DNA of 64,000 nt from Gemmatimonadota bacterium. Its GTDB lineage: Bacteria; Latescibacterota; UBA2968. The stretch is from NCBI GenBank assembly GCA_026705765.1, contig JAPPAB010000106.1, positions 624 to 64,623 on the forward strand. Direction: 5' to 3'. This document shows, one piece after another, positions 47,067-57,305 of the stretch; the stretch's first letter is position 1; every line of letters begins with the position of its first letter. The position numbers and the translations under genes were made by a program. The notes under the pieces were generated by a model. It worked only from the letters and a program-made list of their open reading frames with translations. It was not told where the DNA came from and ran no database searches.

Positions 47067-49511
47067 TTAGAACAACAAGACCGATACCGACTTCTGGATC
47101 ATGGCAATAGACACCGATGCCATGCCCACAAGCGCCATGCCCACAGAAAAGCCCACCATTAACACCGCTGCATAAATACGCCATTGTTGCTTGCCAAAAC
47201 GCTTCCAGAAATAATAGCGAGCAATCAACGCACCGATGATCTCGGTGATCATAAAATGTGGAATACTGGTCAAACTGCGTATATAACCAAAAATCAGCAA
47301 GATGGGTAATCCAAATATGGACAAAACAATGAAGAATACAAGTCCTATTGCAAATCCGGTGCCAATAACCCAGGGTTTTAGAGCCTCAAACAAAATGGGC
47401 TGATCATCTGACGACTGTAAAAATGCTCCGTCAAAAGAAGGCACCTGATCGATCTCGTATTGATAGAACAATTCTCGGTCCTGGGGATCCATCGCCCGGG
47501 AAATGATCATTTCTGGATTTGGCGTACCCAGATGCGCGCCATTGTTCGCACTGCGTATTTCTGGAGCAGAAGGCAACCCTTGTGCTAAAGCATCGGAAAT
47601 ATCGGGGGGCGCGCGACTCAGTGTTGCGGGCGAATATGGTGGGGATTGTGTATCATCAAAATTGGTGTAAAAATAAGCTGTGCTCGACCACGGCCCATAC
47701 CTGCGCTCGTCATCGGGTACACTATCCGGATCATCGGGTGTTGCCCGCACCCGCCAGTACCACCACGCATTATTCGACAAATTGGCTGGCGTCCACGTTA
47801 CGGTGCCCTCCTCGGAATAGTCAACTTCCCCACGCATGGTACTGGTAATCCACACACACCGCTGAAGGGCGTTCAACGGCCAGAACAATTGCACATATGG
47901 ATAGGCATCGGAAGGAATAGGCGCGAGTTTCCAGATGTAGGACCAGTACATAAAACTGGTCAGAAAAACCAGCGGCACCATAAAAATCTCAGCCTTCAAA
48001 ATGCTCGTAAATTTGGTACCAGTCAACTCGATCTCTCGGAAACGCTGCGCTGCTGCGCCATAGTTATCCAGACCAAAATCCACAAACCAGATCTCAATCC
48101 CCCGGAAACCACTGAGAAAAATGGTAGCTTGTTTAATGTACGGAATACTCACGTTTTGCCCCACCATACCATCTAAACGGGCATTGACAAATGAAATGAG
48201 AGGCGTATATACAAATGCAAAAATAAAGAAAAAGATCAGTAGAGTGACGGTGACCAGTTGCGGAAAAAGAATTTTTGACAGAACAATGGTGTACAAACTC
48301 GCTATACAAAACAACACCACGCAAATCCAAATCCTGAAATCCCCCCGCCCGGGCGGCGTTTCCCACGATCCCTTCTCGGTCTTTTCAATCCGCGCAGTTC
48401 GCACCCCGCGCCACACCTGATAAAATCCAATAACAGTAATGGCAAATGTAATACCAATGCCAAAGCTCATCCAGAAATCAATACCCGTCACAAAATGGGT
48501 CTGAATGGTGTCCATCCCCATAAACCAGTGCGGCATAAATCCATAATGGTGTAAAATGGGACTTGCAATTGTATGGATCATCACGCCTATAAAAGCCCCC
48601 ATCACGGCCCAGAATGGGGCGAGAAAACCCGCAAAAATGGGTCCCAGATGGAGGGTAAAGCCCAGTGGGGTTGCAGGTAAAAAATATCCCGTATATTGTG
48701 TGAAATCGACAAATGGAATCGGGATAAGCTGCACCGGTTGTTCCATAAACGCACCCGTAATGGCTGGTACAGCTACATAAAGCATCCCCCACACCAGGCC
48801 GATCACCGCCCCAACAGAAAACATGCGCCAGCGCCACGTAATATCCCCGCTGCTCTCTTCTGCCAATGCCATAGCCCCCTGTGCCGCGATAGGTGCAAAT
48901 GGAAATGGCAACTTCTCGTAATCGGACGTGATGCGGAACAACACATAACTGGCGGAAAACCAGGCAATGCGACCCATAATCGTGCCCAGTATCAGCAATG
49001 CTATGGGCCAAAACCAATCGGCGTGTAAAAACGTGCGCTCGATCAGCGCCTCGGAATTTGCCTTCGGCGCGTACCACCACAATTCGCCCAGTGCTTTTTG
49101 TATGCCAAATTGTACGGCTGCGGGCGACTGCACAAAATACTGATTCCACAATAGACCTTCAAAAGCATTGGACTCTCGATTGACCAGCGCAATCGTCACG
49201 TAATACAGCAGATAAATTTCCTGTCGCTTGAGTACAGTAAACGAGCGCTTTGCCAACTCGATAAACAAAATAATCGTGACCCACTGCGCCGCCGCGCCAA
49301 TGGAGCCACCGATCATCAGTTCCAGATAAATATTGCCTGGCACCATCACAATCGAGACAAATAACGCACCCACAATGGTCTTTGTATTAAAGCCATCGGC
49401 ATATTCGTCGGGCGTTTCGAGCAGATCGCGATACTCTTCAATCTCTTCAAACTGCGTATTTTTCTTTGGTGGTTTGTCTTTGTTGCGTCTTAAAAGATTG
49501 CCTAAAGCCAT
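47067..49511 (-). CDS. 814-aa polytopic membrane protein with a large extracytoplasmic insert; paralog-like to the 54043 ORF
   Basis: Many hydrophobic helices. Shares a motif region (EKLPFPFAPIAAQGA versus ERLVFPAMAPLIDM) with the 668-aa protein two genes upstream. Confidence 0.6.
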   Translation of the reverse strand: MALGNLLRRNKDKPPKKNTQFEEIEEYRDLLETPDEYADGFNTKTIVGALFVSIVMVPGNIYLELMIGGSIGAAAQWVTIILFIELAKRSFTVLKRQEIYLLYYVTIALVNRESNAFEGLLWNQYFVQSPAAVQFGIQKALGELWWYAPKANSEALIERTFLHADWFWPIALLILGTIMGRIAWFSASYVLFRITSDYEKLPFPFAPIAAQGAMALAEESSGDITWRWRMFSVGAVIGLVWGMLYVAVPAITGAFMEQPVQLIPIPFVDFTQYTGYFLPATPLGFTLHLGPIFAGFLAPFWAVMGAFIGVMIHTIASPILHHYGFMPHWFMGMDTIQTHFVTGIDFWMSFGIGITFAITVIGFYQVWRGVRTARIEKTEKGSWETPPGRGDFRIWICVVLFCIASLYTIVLSKILFPQLVTVTLLIFFFIFAFVYTPLISFVNARLDGMVGQNVSIPYIKQATIFLSGFRGIEIWFVDFGLDNYGAAAQRFREIELTGTKFTSILKAEIFMVPLVFLTSFMYWSYIWKLAPIPSDAYPYVQLFWPLNALQRCVWITSTMRGEVDYSEEGTVTWTPANLSNNAWWYWRVRATPDDPDSVPDDERRYGPWSSTAYFYTNFDDTQSPPYSPATLSRAPPDISDALAQGLPSAPEIRSANNGAHLGTPNPEMIISRAMDPQDRELFYQYEIDQVPSFDGAFLQSSDDQPILFEALKPWVIGTGFAIGLVFFIVLSIFGLPILLIFGYIRSLTSIPHFMITEIIGALIARYYFWKRFGKQQWRIYAAVLMVGFSVGMALVGMASVSIAMIQKSVSVLLF

Positions 49512-49532
49512 AGATTGTCCCGTGTATAGATA

Positions 49533-52500
49533 CTATGCGTTGGCCGCCGCTGTGGGAGCGGAGAGCAATTCCCGCCCTTTTTCCGTGTATTTGGTGCGAT
49601 TGGTTGGATCAACCGTCCGCCAGATCAAAAATTGTTTGCGAAGCGCGTTCATAAAGCCCTGATTGACCCTCCGCCACGATGCCGCATCACCCGAAAGCCG
49701 ATCTATTGTCAGCGTCATCGCAAAAATATTGTGCTCTCCCGTGGGCACGGCTTCAAAATGTACTTGCTGACTTACACCCAAATCATAAGGTGCCAACCAT
49801 ATCGTCGTATCAATCGTATATCCCGCGCCGGTTGCTGCTTCAATTGCACCAAACCGCGCACCATCTGTATAAAACGCACCCATGGACTCGCCCATGTGCG
49901 ACTCGAAATAATCGACCAGAAATACCGACAGCCCAAACACGTCTTTACCGCCCACTGTAAAGGGAAATTCAAAATGCCAGTGATCACCTTCCGGGTCGGG
50001 CAATTTCCAGCGACGCGTCACATCGGGCACGGCCATCATTGACGCCTGGCGCGCGGGATAGAGCGACGAAATTAAAACCACCACCATCACCAGTGCCGAA
50101 GAAATCACCGTTGACAATGCTGAATAATTCACATTAAGCCCTTGCAACCACCCCTGCCACAACAAAACTTTGATCACGCCTTGACCGAGCAAATACCCCG
50201 ATACAGTCCCCAAAACAGCATAAACACACGCCTCGGCAATAAACAAAAAGGCGATGTGTACAGGTGCCAACCCCACAGAAGAATAAATGCTAATTTCGCG
50301 AAAACGCTCGTACACCGATCCCATCATCGTATTCAACACAATCAGTGCAGCCACCAGGATGGGAACGAACAAATTGGCGAGGCCGGGCAATGGCCCCCAT
50401 CCCAGCGAACTGTAAATCGATACCTGGATTTTGCCATCTTCCCCAGGAATACCCGCGTACACCACGACCGACAACCGCGATACATATTTTTTGACCTGTT
50501 CTTCAACATTTACATCTTCGCGCAAACGAATCGCCACAGATTGTAGTGGGCTACCCACCTCTCGCAATATCTTATAGGGAATAATGGCAATATCGTCGGG
50601 ATCAATATGCTCGAATGGCATGTTCTCGAGTTGGGGTTGTTCCAGACCCTGTCTTTCGCGATTCTCCTGCTGGGTCATCTGAGAGATGATTTCATCATCC
50701 GTCAGCTTAAAATCTGCCGGACTCAACATCTCCCCGTCCAGATCCGGGTGATTGCGCATTTTTTCCGCGTCGATCAACCCCACGACTTTCAATTGTTTGC
50801 CAAATAAGCGCACGCTCTTTTTGCCGATATCTTCAGGCTCTACCTTGAGCAATCCGGCTATTTTGCCGGGCAAAATACACGCAAATTCGCCCTCTTCAAA
50901 CCAGCGTCCATGGCTCAACAGAGTATCGATCCTCGTAACCGCCGGCTCATTAACAGCCAATCCCAATATCCCCAGCACTTTAGTCGTTTTTTCAGGCGTC
51001 TCGATAGGCGTCTTTTTCAAGTCTCGCGTCACATACCAACTGCGCGGCGCAATATCACCCTGATCAAAAAAATTGACGCGGGCATAATCATAAGCCGTAT
51101 CCTCCAGCGGTCCCCAGAACTGGCTGCGGATTAACAGTCCTGGATATGTGCCTTCGGTATCATCCAGAGGAAGTTGATGAAAATCGAGCGTCGTCTTGAT
51201 TGACGTAAAGGACAACACCGTAAATGTCAACAAGACCAGCGTGGCAAATGTCAGGCTCGTGCGCATTTTGCGCTTTTTCATGTTCGCAATACCCAACTGA
51301 AATGCCGCCACCGATGCACTTATTCGCCCCACATCCGTATCGTGCAACAATACCTCTTCTGTGCGCAGTTGTCGGATATTTTCGTGAAACCGCCCCGACA
51401 CAATGGAAATCACAAAAATCGCCAGTGCAAAAATCACAAAAGCCAGCAAAATCACAAACGGATTGGAGAGATCAAAAGCGGGATGCACCTGCGAAAGCAC
51501 GATCCAGATCACCATAAAAACCGCGCCAAAACCGCTGATTTGCACCCGGATATCCGAAAAGGTAAAAAGCAATCGCTCGACAAAAAACGCGCACGGAATG
51601 ACCAGTATCATAAAGAAAATCACGCCGCGGATCACATCGTTTTGCGTTGATTTCACGTCTGGATAGGCGCGCGATTCGAGACCCATGCCCGCGCGCGTGT
51701 GTTTGACAAACAAATCCCATTTCTTGTCTTGCATCGCCTCTTCTGCCAGATCCAGATGGTGTTTGGCCTGCGTGTGCAAATTGGTCATCCGCTGATTCTC
51801 AATCGAATACTTCTCCAATTCGCGCATTCGCGCCTCGTTCAGCGTCCACATATCTTTTGCAGCCTGGTAAGAAGAGCGAATAAACGCCCCACCGTGTTGT
51901 AAAATCTGGAAGCCATCGCCGCGTGCGACTTCCACGCTTTCCGCACTCTTTGAGTTCAACAACAAGTAGCGCACGCCAATCTCCCGCTCCCGCATCACAA
52001 TTTTGACCCGTTCGCCCGGCGTAGTAAAAATGGTTCCCACCGGTTCTTCTGGACCAAAACCGATGGCATAGCCGTATTCCTGTGGCGCAGTATTGCCGGG
52101 ACCGAGCACGCTGATACTCGATAACTTGGTGAGATAACGCGGATCGACTGTTTCGTAAAAATCCGTTGCAATACACGGAAATAAAATCCGCGTACGCTTG
52201 GATATCCACCAGTCCATATTAAATTCGCCCCGGTATATGCGCGCCTGGCGACCGTGATTGGGCGCGTACGTAATTTCGCCGCTTTCTGGATCCATATAAA
52301 AAGCTTTCACATCCACGCGACGTTCGGCAATGCCCGGCATGTAAAATTCGCCATTTTCATCGGCAATGTCGTAATAGACGCGACGCACGCCTTTAATCGA
52401 TTTGTCATTGCCCATTCGCAGCGAAGCCACAGCTCCGGGACGGGGGCGATCAGGTGTAATGCTTAGCCGGGGAAATGTGCGCACAAAACCCTGCAACCCT

Positions 52501-54050
52501 CGCATGCGGTCGTCGGGATCCAGCTTGTAATCGGGCAAAAAATCCTCGGAATTTAACCCGAGATCGAGCACGCCAGCAAGCAGGCGTATCTGCCCGGTGA
52601 GATTTTCGAAATTCACATGCTCGGGTTTATCCAGTGGGGTATCCACTCTGAAACGCGCATCGTTGACCGTAATGAGCGACAGTGCAGGCGTCCCCGCTTC
52701 CAAAACGACCTCGCCATCTGTTTTCAGAATTTTGCCCGGGATATACATATCCCAGCTCATGCCGCCTTTTGGATTGATCCCATCGATGAGGGCATCGGCG
52801 GGGTCCAGATCAAATCGCTCGGCTATTGCCTTTGAATAATGTATAAACGACTTGCCAAATGGCGTGAAGAAACGCTTGTAATAATAATTGCGCGTGCTGT
52901 TCCAAACCCCGATTTCATCTGTCTGACTCGTCAAATCCAGAGAAATCAACAGTGGCAAATCGAGGGGTTCGGTCATCAACGCGGCAAAATGCTTTTCCTT
53001 GCGCGAATGCCTGCTCAAAAAATCGCAAATGCCCCTGAAGCCGAGATGGTGCCCGGAAGAAGCGAGAAACAAAAGCGTGTGTTTGGGCGGGTACTTGCTA
53101 AAATATTCAGCCAACTTCATCATGCCCACAATCCCACACGCCATCTCCGCACCCGGCGCAAGCGCAGGCACCACAGACATCGCATCGTAATACGTATTGA
53201 TCACCACGATTTTTTCGCTCAATACAGGATCGGTCCCGCGAATCCAGCCCAAAATATTCCGCGTCTCTTTCTTTTCCCAATCCATTCGCGCCTTCAAAGT
53301 GACATTGACCTCATCCTTTTGCGCGAGCAATGCCTTGAGTCTTTCGCCACTCTCCTTATCGATCCAAAATCGCTCAACACTATTGGGCACCTGCAAAAAT
53401 TTGGTCTCTGCCTGCGCGGTAAACGTGGAATCGGGTTCAACAAATATTATCTGCTGCGCGCCGAGCATGGCGGCATTGAGCCAGTTATTCCACGAATTAA
53501 ACTCCATCAACACCACCGCACCTTCTATATCGCGCCCATTAAATTCCGATACATCGCCAGTGCCACCCCACAAGAGATGCCCCCGCACGCCACCTGGGGG
53601 CAATGTGGTCGTCTTGACCAGATTGGGCCATAGACCGTGAATAGAAAAAACCTCGCCGGTATCTTCTACTTCTAAGCTGCCGCCCCGGTCTATGGGCACC
53701 GCCACGCCATACGTCTCGGCTTCGACGTCTTCTAATTCCAAACGCCGAAACTCGGATTCTATAAAATCCGCGGCTTTTTCATGGCCTTCATACCCCACTA
53801 CGCGCGAGTCGTAGCGCACAAACTGATCCATCAACGCGTGAATCCCATCTTCGCGCACAGCATCCAGAACCCGTGTGCCCACTTCTTCTGCCCGCGGAAC
53901 GGGTTCGGGGAGAACCTCGCCGGGCGTTTCCAATCCCAACAGAGTAGCTATATGGGGATTTACGCGATAGGGTCCCGCAATCAGAAGCGCAGTGACAAAA
54001 ATCCCCAGACCGATAAGGCTCCACGTGATGTGCTTGTAATATTTATCCAT
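49533..54050 (-). CDS. 1505-aa fusion: N-terminal TM anchor, PA plus M28-like zinc peptidase domain, then MacB/FtsX-type permease domain(s)
   Basis: LFLASSGHHLGFRG (M28-like). NMKKRKMRTSLTFATLVLLTFTVL (MacB/FtsX TM1 motif). MMGSVYERFREISIYSSVGLAP...FIAEACVYAVLG (FtsX core motif). Confidence 0.65.
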   Translation of the reverse strand: MDKYYKHITWSLIGLGIFVTALLIAGPYRVNPHIATLLGLETPGEVLPEPVPRAEEVGTRVLDAVREDGIHALMDQFVRYDSRVVGYEGHEKAADFIESEFRRLELEDVEAETYGVAVPIDRGGSLEVEDTGEVFSIHGLWPNLVKTTTLPPGGVRGHLLWGGTGDVSEFNGRDIEGAVVLMEFNSWNNWLNAAMLGAQQIIFVEPDSTFTAQAETKFLQVPNSVERFWIDKESGERLKALLAQKDEVNVTLKARMDWEKKETRNILGWIRGTDPVLSEKIVVINTYYDAMSVVPALAPGAEMACGIVGMMKLAEYFSKYPPKHTLLFLASSGHHLGFRGICDFLSRHSRKEKHFAALMTEPLDLPLLISLDLTSQTDEIGVWNSTRNYYYKRFFTPFGKSFIHYSKAIAERFDLDPADALIDGINPKGGMSWDMYIPGKILKTDGEVVLEAGTPALSLITVNDARFRVDTPLDKPEHVNFENLTGQIRLLAGVLDLGLNSEDFLPDYKLDPDDRMRGLQGFVRTFPRLSITPDRPRPGAVASLRMGNDKSIKGVRRVYYDIADENGEFYMPGIAERRVDVKAFYMDPESGEITYAPNHGRQARIYRGEFNMDWWISKRTRILFPCIATDFYETVDPRYLTKLSSISVLGPGNTAPQEYGYAIGFGPEEPVGTIFTTPGERVKIVMREREIGVRYLLLNSKSAESVEVARGDGFQILQHGGAFIRSSYQAAKDMWTLNEARMRELEKYSIENQRMTNLHTQAKHHLDLAEEAMQDKKWDLFVKHTRAGMGLESRAYPDVKSTQNDVIRGVIFFMILVIPCAFFVERLLFTFSDIRVQISGFGAVFMVIWIVLSQVHPAFDLSNPFVILLAFVIFALAIFVISIVSGRFHENIRQLRTEEVLLHDTDVGRISASVAAFQLGIANMKKRKMRTSLTFATLVLLTFTVLSFTSIKTTLDFHQLPLDDTEGTYPGLLIRSQFWGPLEDTAYDYARVNFFDQGDIAPRSWYVTRDLKKTPIETPEKTTKVLGILGLAVNEPAVTRIDTLLSHGRWFEEGEFACILPGKIAGLLKVEPEDIGKKSVRLFGKQLKVVGLIDAEKMRNHPDLDGEMLSPADFKLTDDEIISQMTQQENRERQGLEQPQLENMPFEHIDPDDIAIIPYKILREVGSPLQSVAIRLREDVNVEEQVKKYVSRLSVVVYAGIPGEDGKIQVSIYSSLGWGPLPGLANLFVPILVAALIVLNTMMGSVYERFREISIYSSVGLAPVHIAFLFIAEACVYAVLGTVSGYLLGQGVIKVLLWQGWLQGLNVNYSALSTVISSALVMVVVLISSLYPARQASMMAVPDVTRRWKLPDPEGDHWHFEFPFTVGGKDVFGLSVFLVDYFESHMGESMGAFYTDGARFGAIEAATGAGYTIDTTIWLAPYDLGVSQQVHFEAVPTGEHNIFAMTLTIDRLSGDAASWRRVNQGFMNALRKQFLIWRTVDPTNRTKYTEKGRELLSAPTAAANA

Positions 54051-56049
54051 AGCGATGTACCCAATGCCCGCGTTCAGGGAACCAGATTATGTCGATACCC
54101 ACTGACAAAGCCACACCGAGAATATATCCGACGAGCAAACCGATGAACAGGGGTCTCGATTTGCGATAAACCGTTGGACCGCCTACTTTTATGATCACAA
54201 ACTTAATCAACCATGCAAGAAAAGTCGTAAAACTGCTGCGCCGGACCAGATAAGAACCCGAAATCGCCAGACCCACGGGATGCAGCGGCCACCACGCAAA
54301 GCGATAGCGCATATAAATCAACCCGGCCATCATCAGACCGCCAATGCCAAAAAATACCGCTTGTTCGGGATTATCCTCATAAAATGGCGGCTCATCGGGT
54401 TTTTTGATCGCATCGACCGTACCCTGGAAATGGCGTTCGGCTGCCCGCGTAATCTCCCAACTGTTGAAATTATAAGCCCCCTGATCGTAACCCAACCACA
54501 CGGTGAATAACATATTGAACAGCAAGCTGACAATAAACACCAGTCCAAGCGCGCCCATCAGCCGCCGCCGCTGATTGCCGGGAACGCCCTCGGAGACGCG
54601 TCCTGCATGGGAAAGCGCGGGCAAAAACAACCCCTTGAAATGCCCGGTAATCAAACCCGAATAGCGGTAAGCGACAATGGTGGCAAGCGGGATATTGCGC
54701 CGTCCAAAAAATGGTGCCACCATACTCCAGGGTCCTATCGGTGTATTGGTAAATGGCATGCCGGTATCCGCCAGGATCTTCGCCATACCCGTATAGACAA
54801 AAATTACGGCGAGGAGCAGCAAAAATCCTTGCAGCGGATCGAAATTCATCTGTGTCAGCCAGATAAACAAATATGCCATGCTGCACAGCAGACCGATACA
54901 AGCAGCGCGATAAGACATCAATTCCCCAGAGTCATCCACTGTGGGATCTCTCCCAAGTGCCTTCATCAACACATCTCTCAAATGTCTTCTCGCAACCCAG
55001 AAGGTCGAACACACAAAAACAATAAATGCGCCCGCAGTCTGCCAGTAATACACCCCCGTGCGATAATAAGGCGTGGTGGCTTTATAGCCCCACTTGCTGA
55101 GCTGACCGCCCTCAAAGATGAACAACAAATCAAAAAACCAGATTGAAAACAGAACATCCAGGCTGGCAAAATAAGAAAAAAGTATAGTAAAAATGCCAAA
55201 ATATCCCCTGATAGGCGGCAATTGGCGATCAATCCAGTACCAGCGCGACCGGTAAATGGGAAAACGCGGAAAACCCGGTACAAAGTAATTGATACAATTC
55301 CAGGCCAGCACGCCAAACGCAATGGCAAACCCGATCCAGAACAAACGATTGCGCATAAACCCGGGCAACCATCCCTCGCCATCGCCCGGTTCAGAAACCA
55401 TATCGATCAACGGCGCCATCGCGGGAAAAACCAGGCGTTCGTTTTGTACCCACTGTTTTCTCAAAACAGTAGCTACACAGGCCAGCATTAAAAAAGCTGC
55501 CGCCACAACCGTCGTCCACCAGAACAGGGGCAATACCCAAACATCCCAGGGGATAGTAGCACCACTCGGCAAGCCTTCGTAAAACCACGCAACGGCATTC
55601 CCCTTGTGACTCGGCAACAGCCAGTTGGGCAAAAGCGGGTGCAGGTGTTCAGCCCACTGATTTTCTTCCGTAGCAAAATAATAAGGCGCCGTGATATAGC
55701 CGATCAAATATCCCGTCAGGCCAAAACACGGCAGTGCCGCGCCCACGAGGCCCATCGCCAGAATCGCATGCCACTCGCCTGGTGAAAGTGTCCAGCCGGT
55801 CACCCTTGCAACAATCGCGAGTCCGATCATCAGAATCATCAACACGATCAGCATGGCCATTGGAATGTGGCTATACGTCATCAGCGGAGCGTGCAAGATG
55901 TAGCGCACACAAATAGCCAGCAGATCCAGGGCGACGACCAGAAATAGCCCCAATCCCACGGCGCGCAATGTTACTGCGGGTTGTGAACTCGCATCATCTG
56001 CTTCCGTCTGAATATTTTGCGTATCAAGAGCCATTGGCGCAGTTTTCAC
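54043..56049 (-). CDS. 668-aa polytopic membrane protein (first gene of the three-gene membrane operon)
   Basis: About 14+ hydrophobic segments. 8-nt overlap with the downstream M28-FtsX gene. Confidence 0.6.
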   Translation of the reverse strand: MKTAPMALDTQNIQTEADDASSQPAVTLRAVGLGLFLVVALDLLAICVRYILHAPLMTYSHIPMAMLIVLMILMIGLAIVARVTGWTLSPGEWHAILAMGLVGAALPCFGLTGYLIGYITAPYYFATEENQWAEHLHPLLPNWLLPSHKGNAVAWFYEGLPSGATIPWDVWVLPLFWWTTVVAAAFLMLACVATVLRKQWVQNERLVFPAMAPLIDMVSEPGDGEGWLPGFMRNRLFWIGFAIAFGVLAWNCINYFVPGFPRFPIYRSRWYWIDRQLPPIRGYFGIFTILFSYFASLDVLFSIWFFDLLFIFEGGQLSKWGYKATTPYYRTGVYYWQTAGAFIVFVCSTFWVARRHLRDVLMKALGRDPTVDDSGELMSYRAACIGLLCSMAYLFIWLTQMNFDPLQGFLLLLAVIFVYTGMAKILADTGMPFTNTPIGPWSMVAPFFGRRNIPLATIVAYRYSGLITGHFKGLFLPALSHAGRVSEGVPGNQRRRLMGALGLVFIVSLLFNMLFTVWLGYDQGAYNFNSWEITRAAERHFQGTVDAIKKPDEPPFYEDNPEQAVFFGIGGLMMAGLIYMRYRFAWWPLHPVGLAISGSYLVRRSSFTTFLAWLIKFVIIKVGGPTVYRKSRPLFIGLLVGYILGVALSVGIDIIWFPERGHWVHRYG

Positions 56050-56191
56050 AAAAAAGCAAAATTCTAAAAAAATGTGAGGAATTAATTAACCCCCGCCCCT
56101 TGCATTTGTCAAATGGTTTATCTGTTTATAATTGTAAACCGGCATATAGCGCAACATCGCTTCTATTTACGAAAAAACGTACGCAAGAACC

Positions 56192-56220
56192 TTGACACCA
56201 ATCAGCCGTTTTGTTAAATT
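56192..56220 (+). promoter_or_regulatory. Sigma70-like promoter for tRNA-Phe
   Basis: TTGACA, 17-nt spacer, TAAATT, ending about 25 nt upstream of the tRNA 5-prime end. Confidence 0.4.
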
Positions 56221-56245
56221 TTGTTTTTTTATTGGGAAAGATGAT

Positions 56246-56321
<76 letters not shown>

Positions 56322-56375
56322 TTTTTTTAGTTGACCATACACAGACGTAGATTTTCTTTTTAAGTTCCAGATATA

Positions 56376-56420
56376 AAAAAGGGTGTGAACTTTCAGTGTT
56401 CACACCCTTTTTATTTTTTG
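56376..56420. terminator. Bidirectional rho-independent terminator
   Basis: AAAAAA-GGGTGTGAAC-tttcagt-GTTCACACCC-TTTTTATTTTTT. Serves tRNA-Phe on the plus strand and the FGE gene on the minus strand. Confidence 0.65.
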
Positions 56421-56429
56421 GTAAAAAAA

Positions 56430-57260
56430 TCACAAACTCTGAGCAACTCGAAACCCCACATAAAGGCTCCCGGCAAAGGCACTGTGTCGGTCGCGAGTAG
56501 CCGAGCGAAGGAAAAACCCTTCCAGATACCAGGCACCGCCGCGCACCACGCGCGCAGTGCGATCACCGACCTCCCACGCAGACCCGTCCTTGGGTGCTCC
56601 CACATATCTATTATTATACCAATCCTGAGTCCATTCCCACACATTGCCGTGCATGTCGTAAAGCCCCCAGGCATTGGCCTCGAACGATCCCACAGGTGCT
56701 GACATCTCATTATCCCACTGACTGCCGCACCCATTGCAATTGGCGCGGTTGTGACCGAGATTATGTCCCCAGCTATACCTCGTCACTGTTCCTGCGCGCG
56801 CCGCATACTCCCACTCTGCCTCGCTCGGCAAACGATAGTTTTTTCCCGTCTGCTCCGATAGCCATTCCGTGTACGCCACCGCATCATCCCAGGTGATATT
56901 GATCACCGGACGCCGCCCGCGCCCAAAACCTCTGTCATCTGCTCGCTCGCGCCCCGTCGCATCCGTGAAGAGATCGTATTCCTCAAATGTCACCTCGTAC
57001 TTCGACAGCGCAAACGATTTAATCGTCACCTCATGCACCGGTCTTTCGGCATTGGTGCAACTTCTCCCGGACACGCACCCCATCTTAAAACGCCCCGCGG
57101 GAATCACCACCATCTCTGGCGACTTAAAAGCAGCCATCTTCTCCTGTGAAACCTGAGCGGATGCAACCGTGAAAAATCCCAATAAGACGAAAACAAAAAT
57201 ATTCCTGGTCACACTCTGCATGATATATCTCCTATCATTAATTACCTGATAAATGCTCAT
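56430..57260 (-). CDS. Formylglycine-generating-enzyme (FGE/SUMF1) family protein, secreted
   Basis: RLPSEAEWEYAARAG ... YDMHGNVWEWTQDWY ... VVRGGAW, classic FGE-sulfatase domain motifs. Signal peptide at the internal start MQSVTRNIFVFVLLG. Confidence 0.75.
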   Translation of the reverse strand: MSIYQVINDRRYIMQSVTRNIFVFVLLGFFTVASAQVSQEKMAAFKSPEMVVIPAGRFKMGCVSGRSCTNAERPVHEVTIKSFALSKYEVTFEEYDLFTDATGRERADDRGFGRGRRPVINITWDDAVAYTEWLSEQTGKNYRLPSEAEWEYAARAGTVTRYSWGHNLGHNRANCNGCGSQWDNEMSAPVGSFEANAWGLYDMHGNVWEWTQDWYNNRYVGAPKDGSAWEVGDRTARVVRGGAWYLEGFFLRSATRDRHSAFAGSLYVGFRVAQSL

Positions 57261-57305
57261 AACACAAAAAATAAAACAACTTCTTATGGATGAGAAACAT
57301 ATTTT

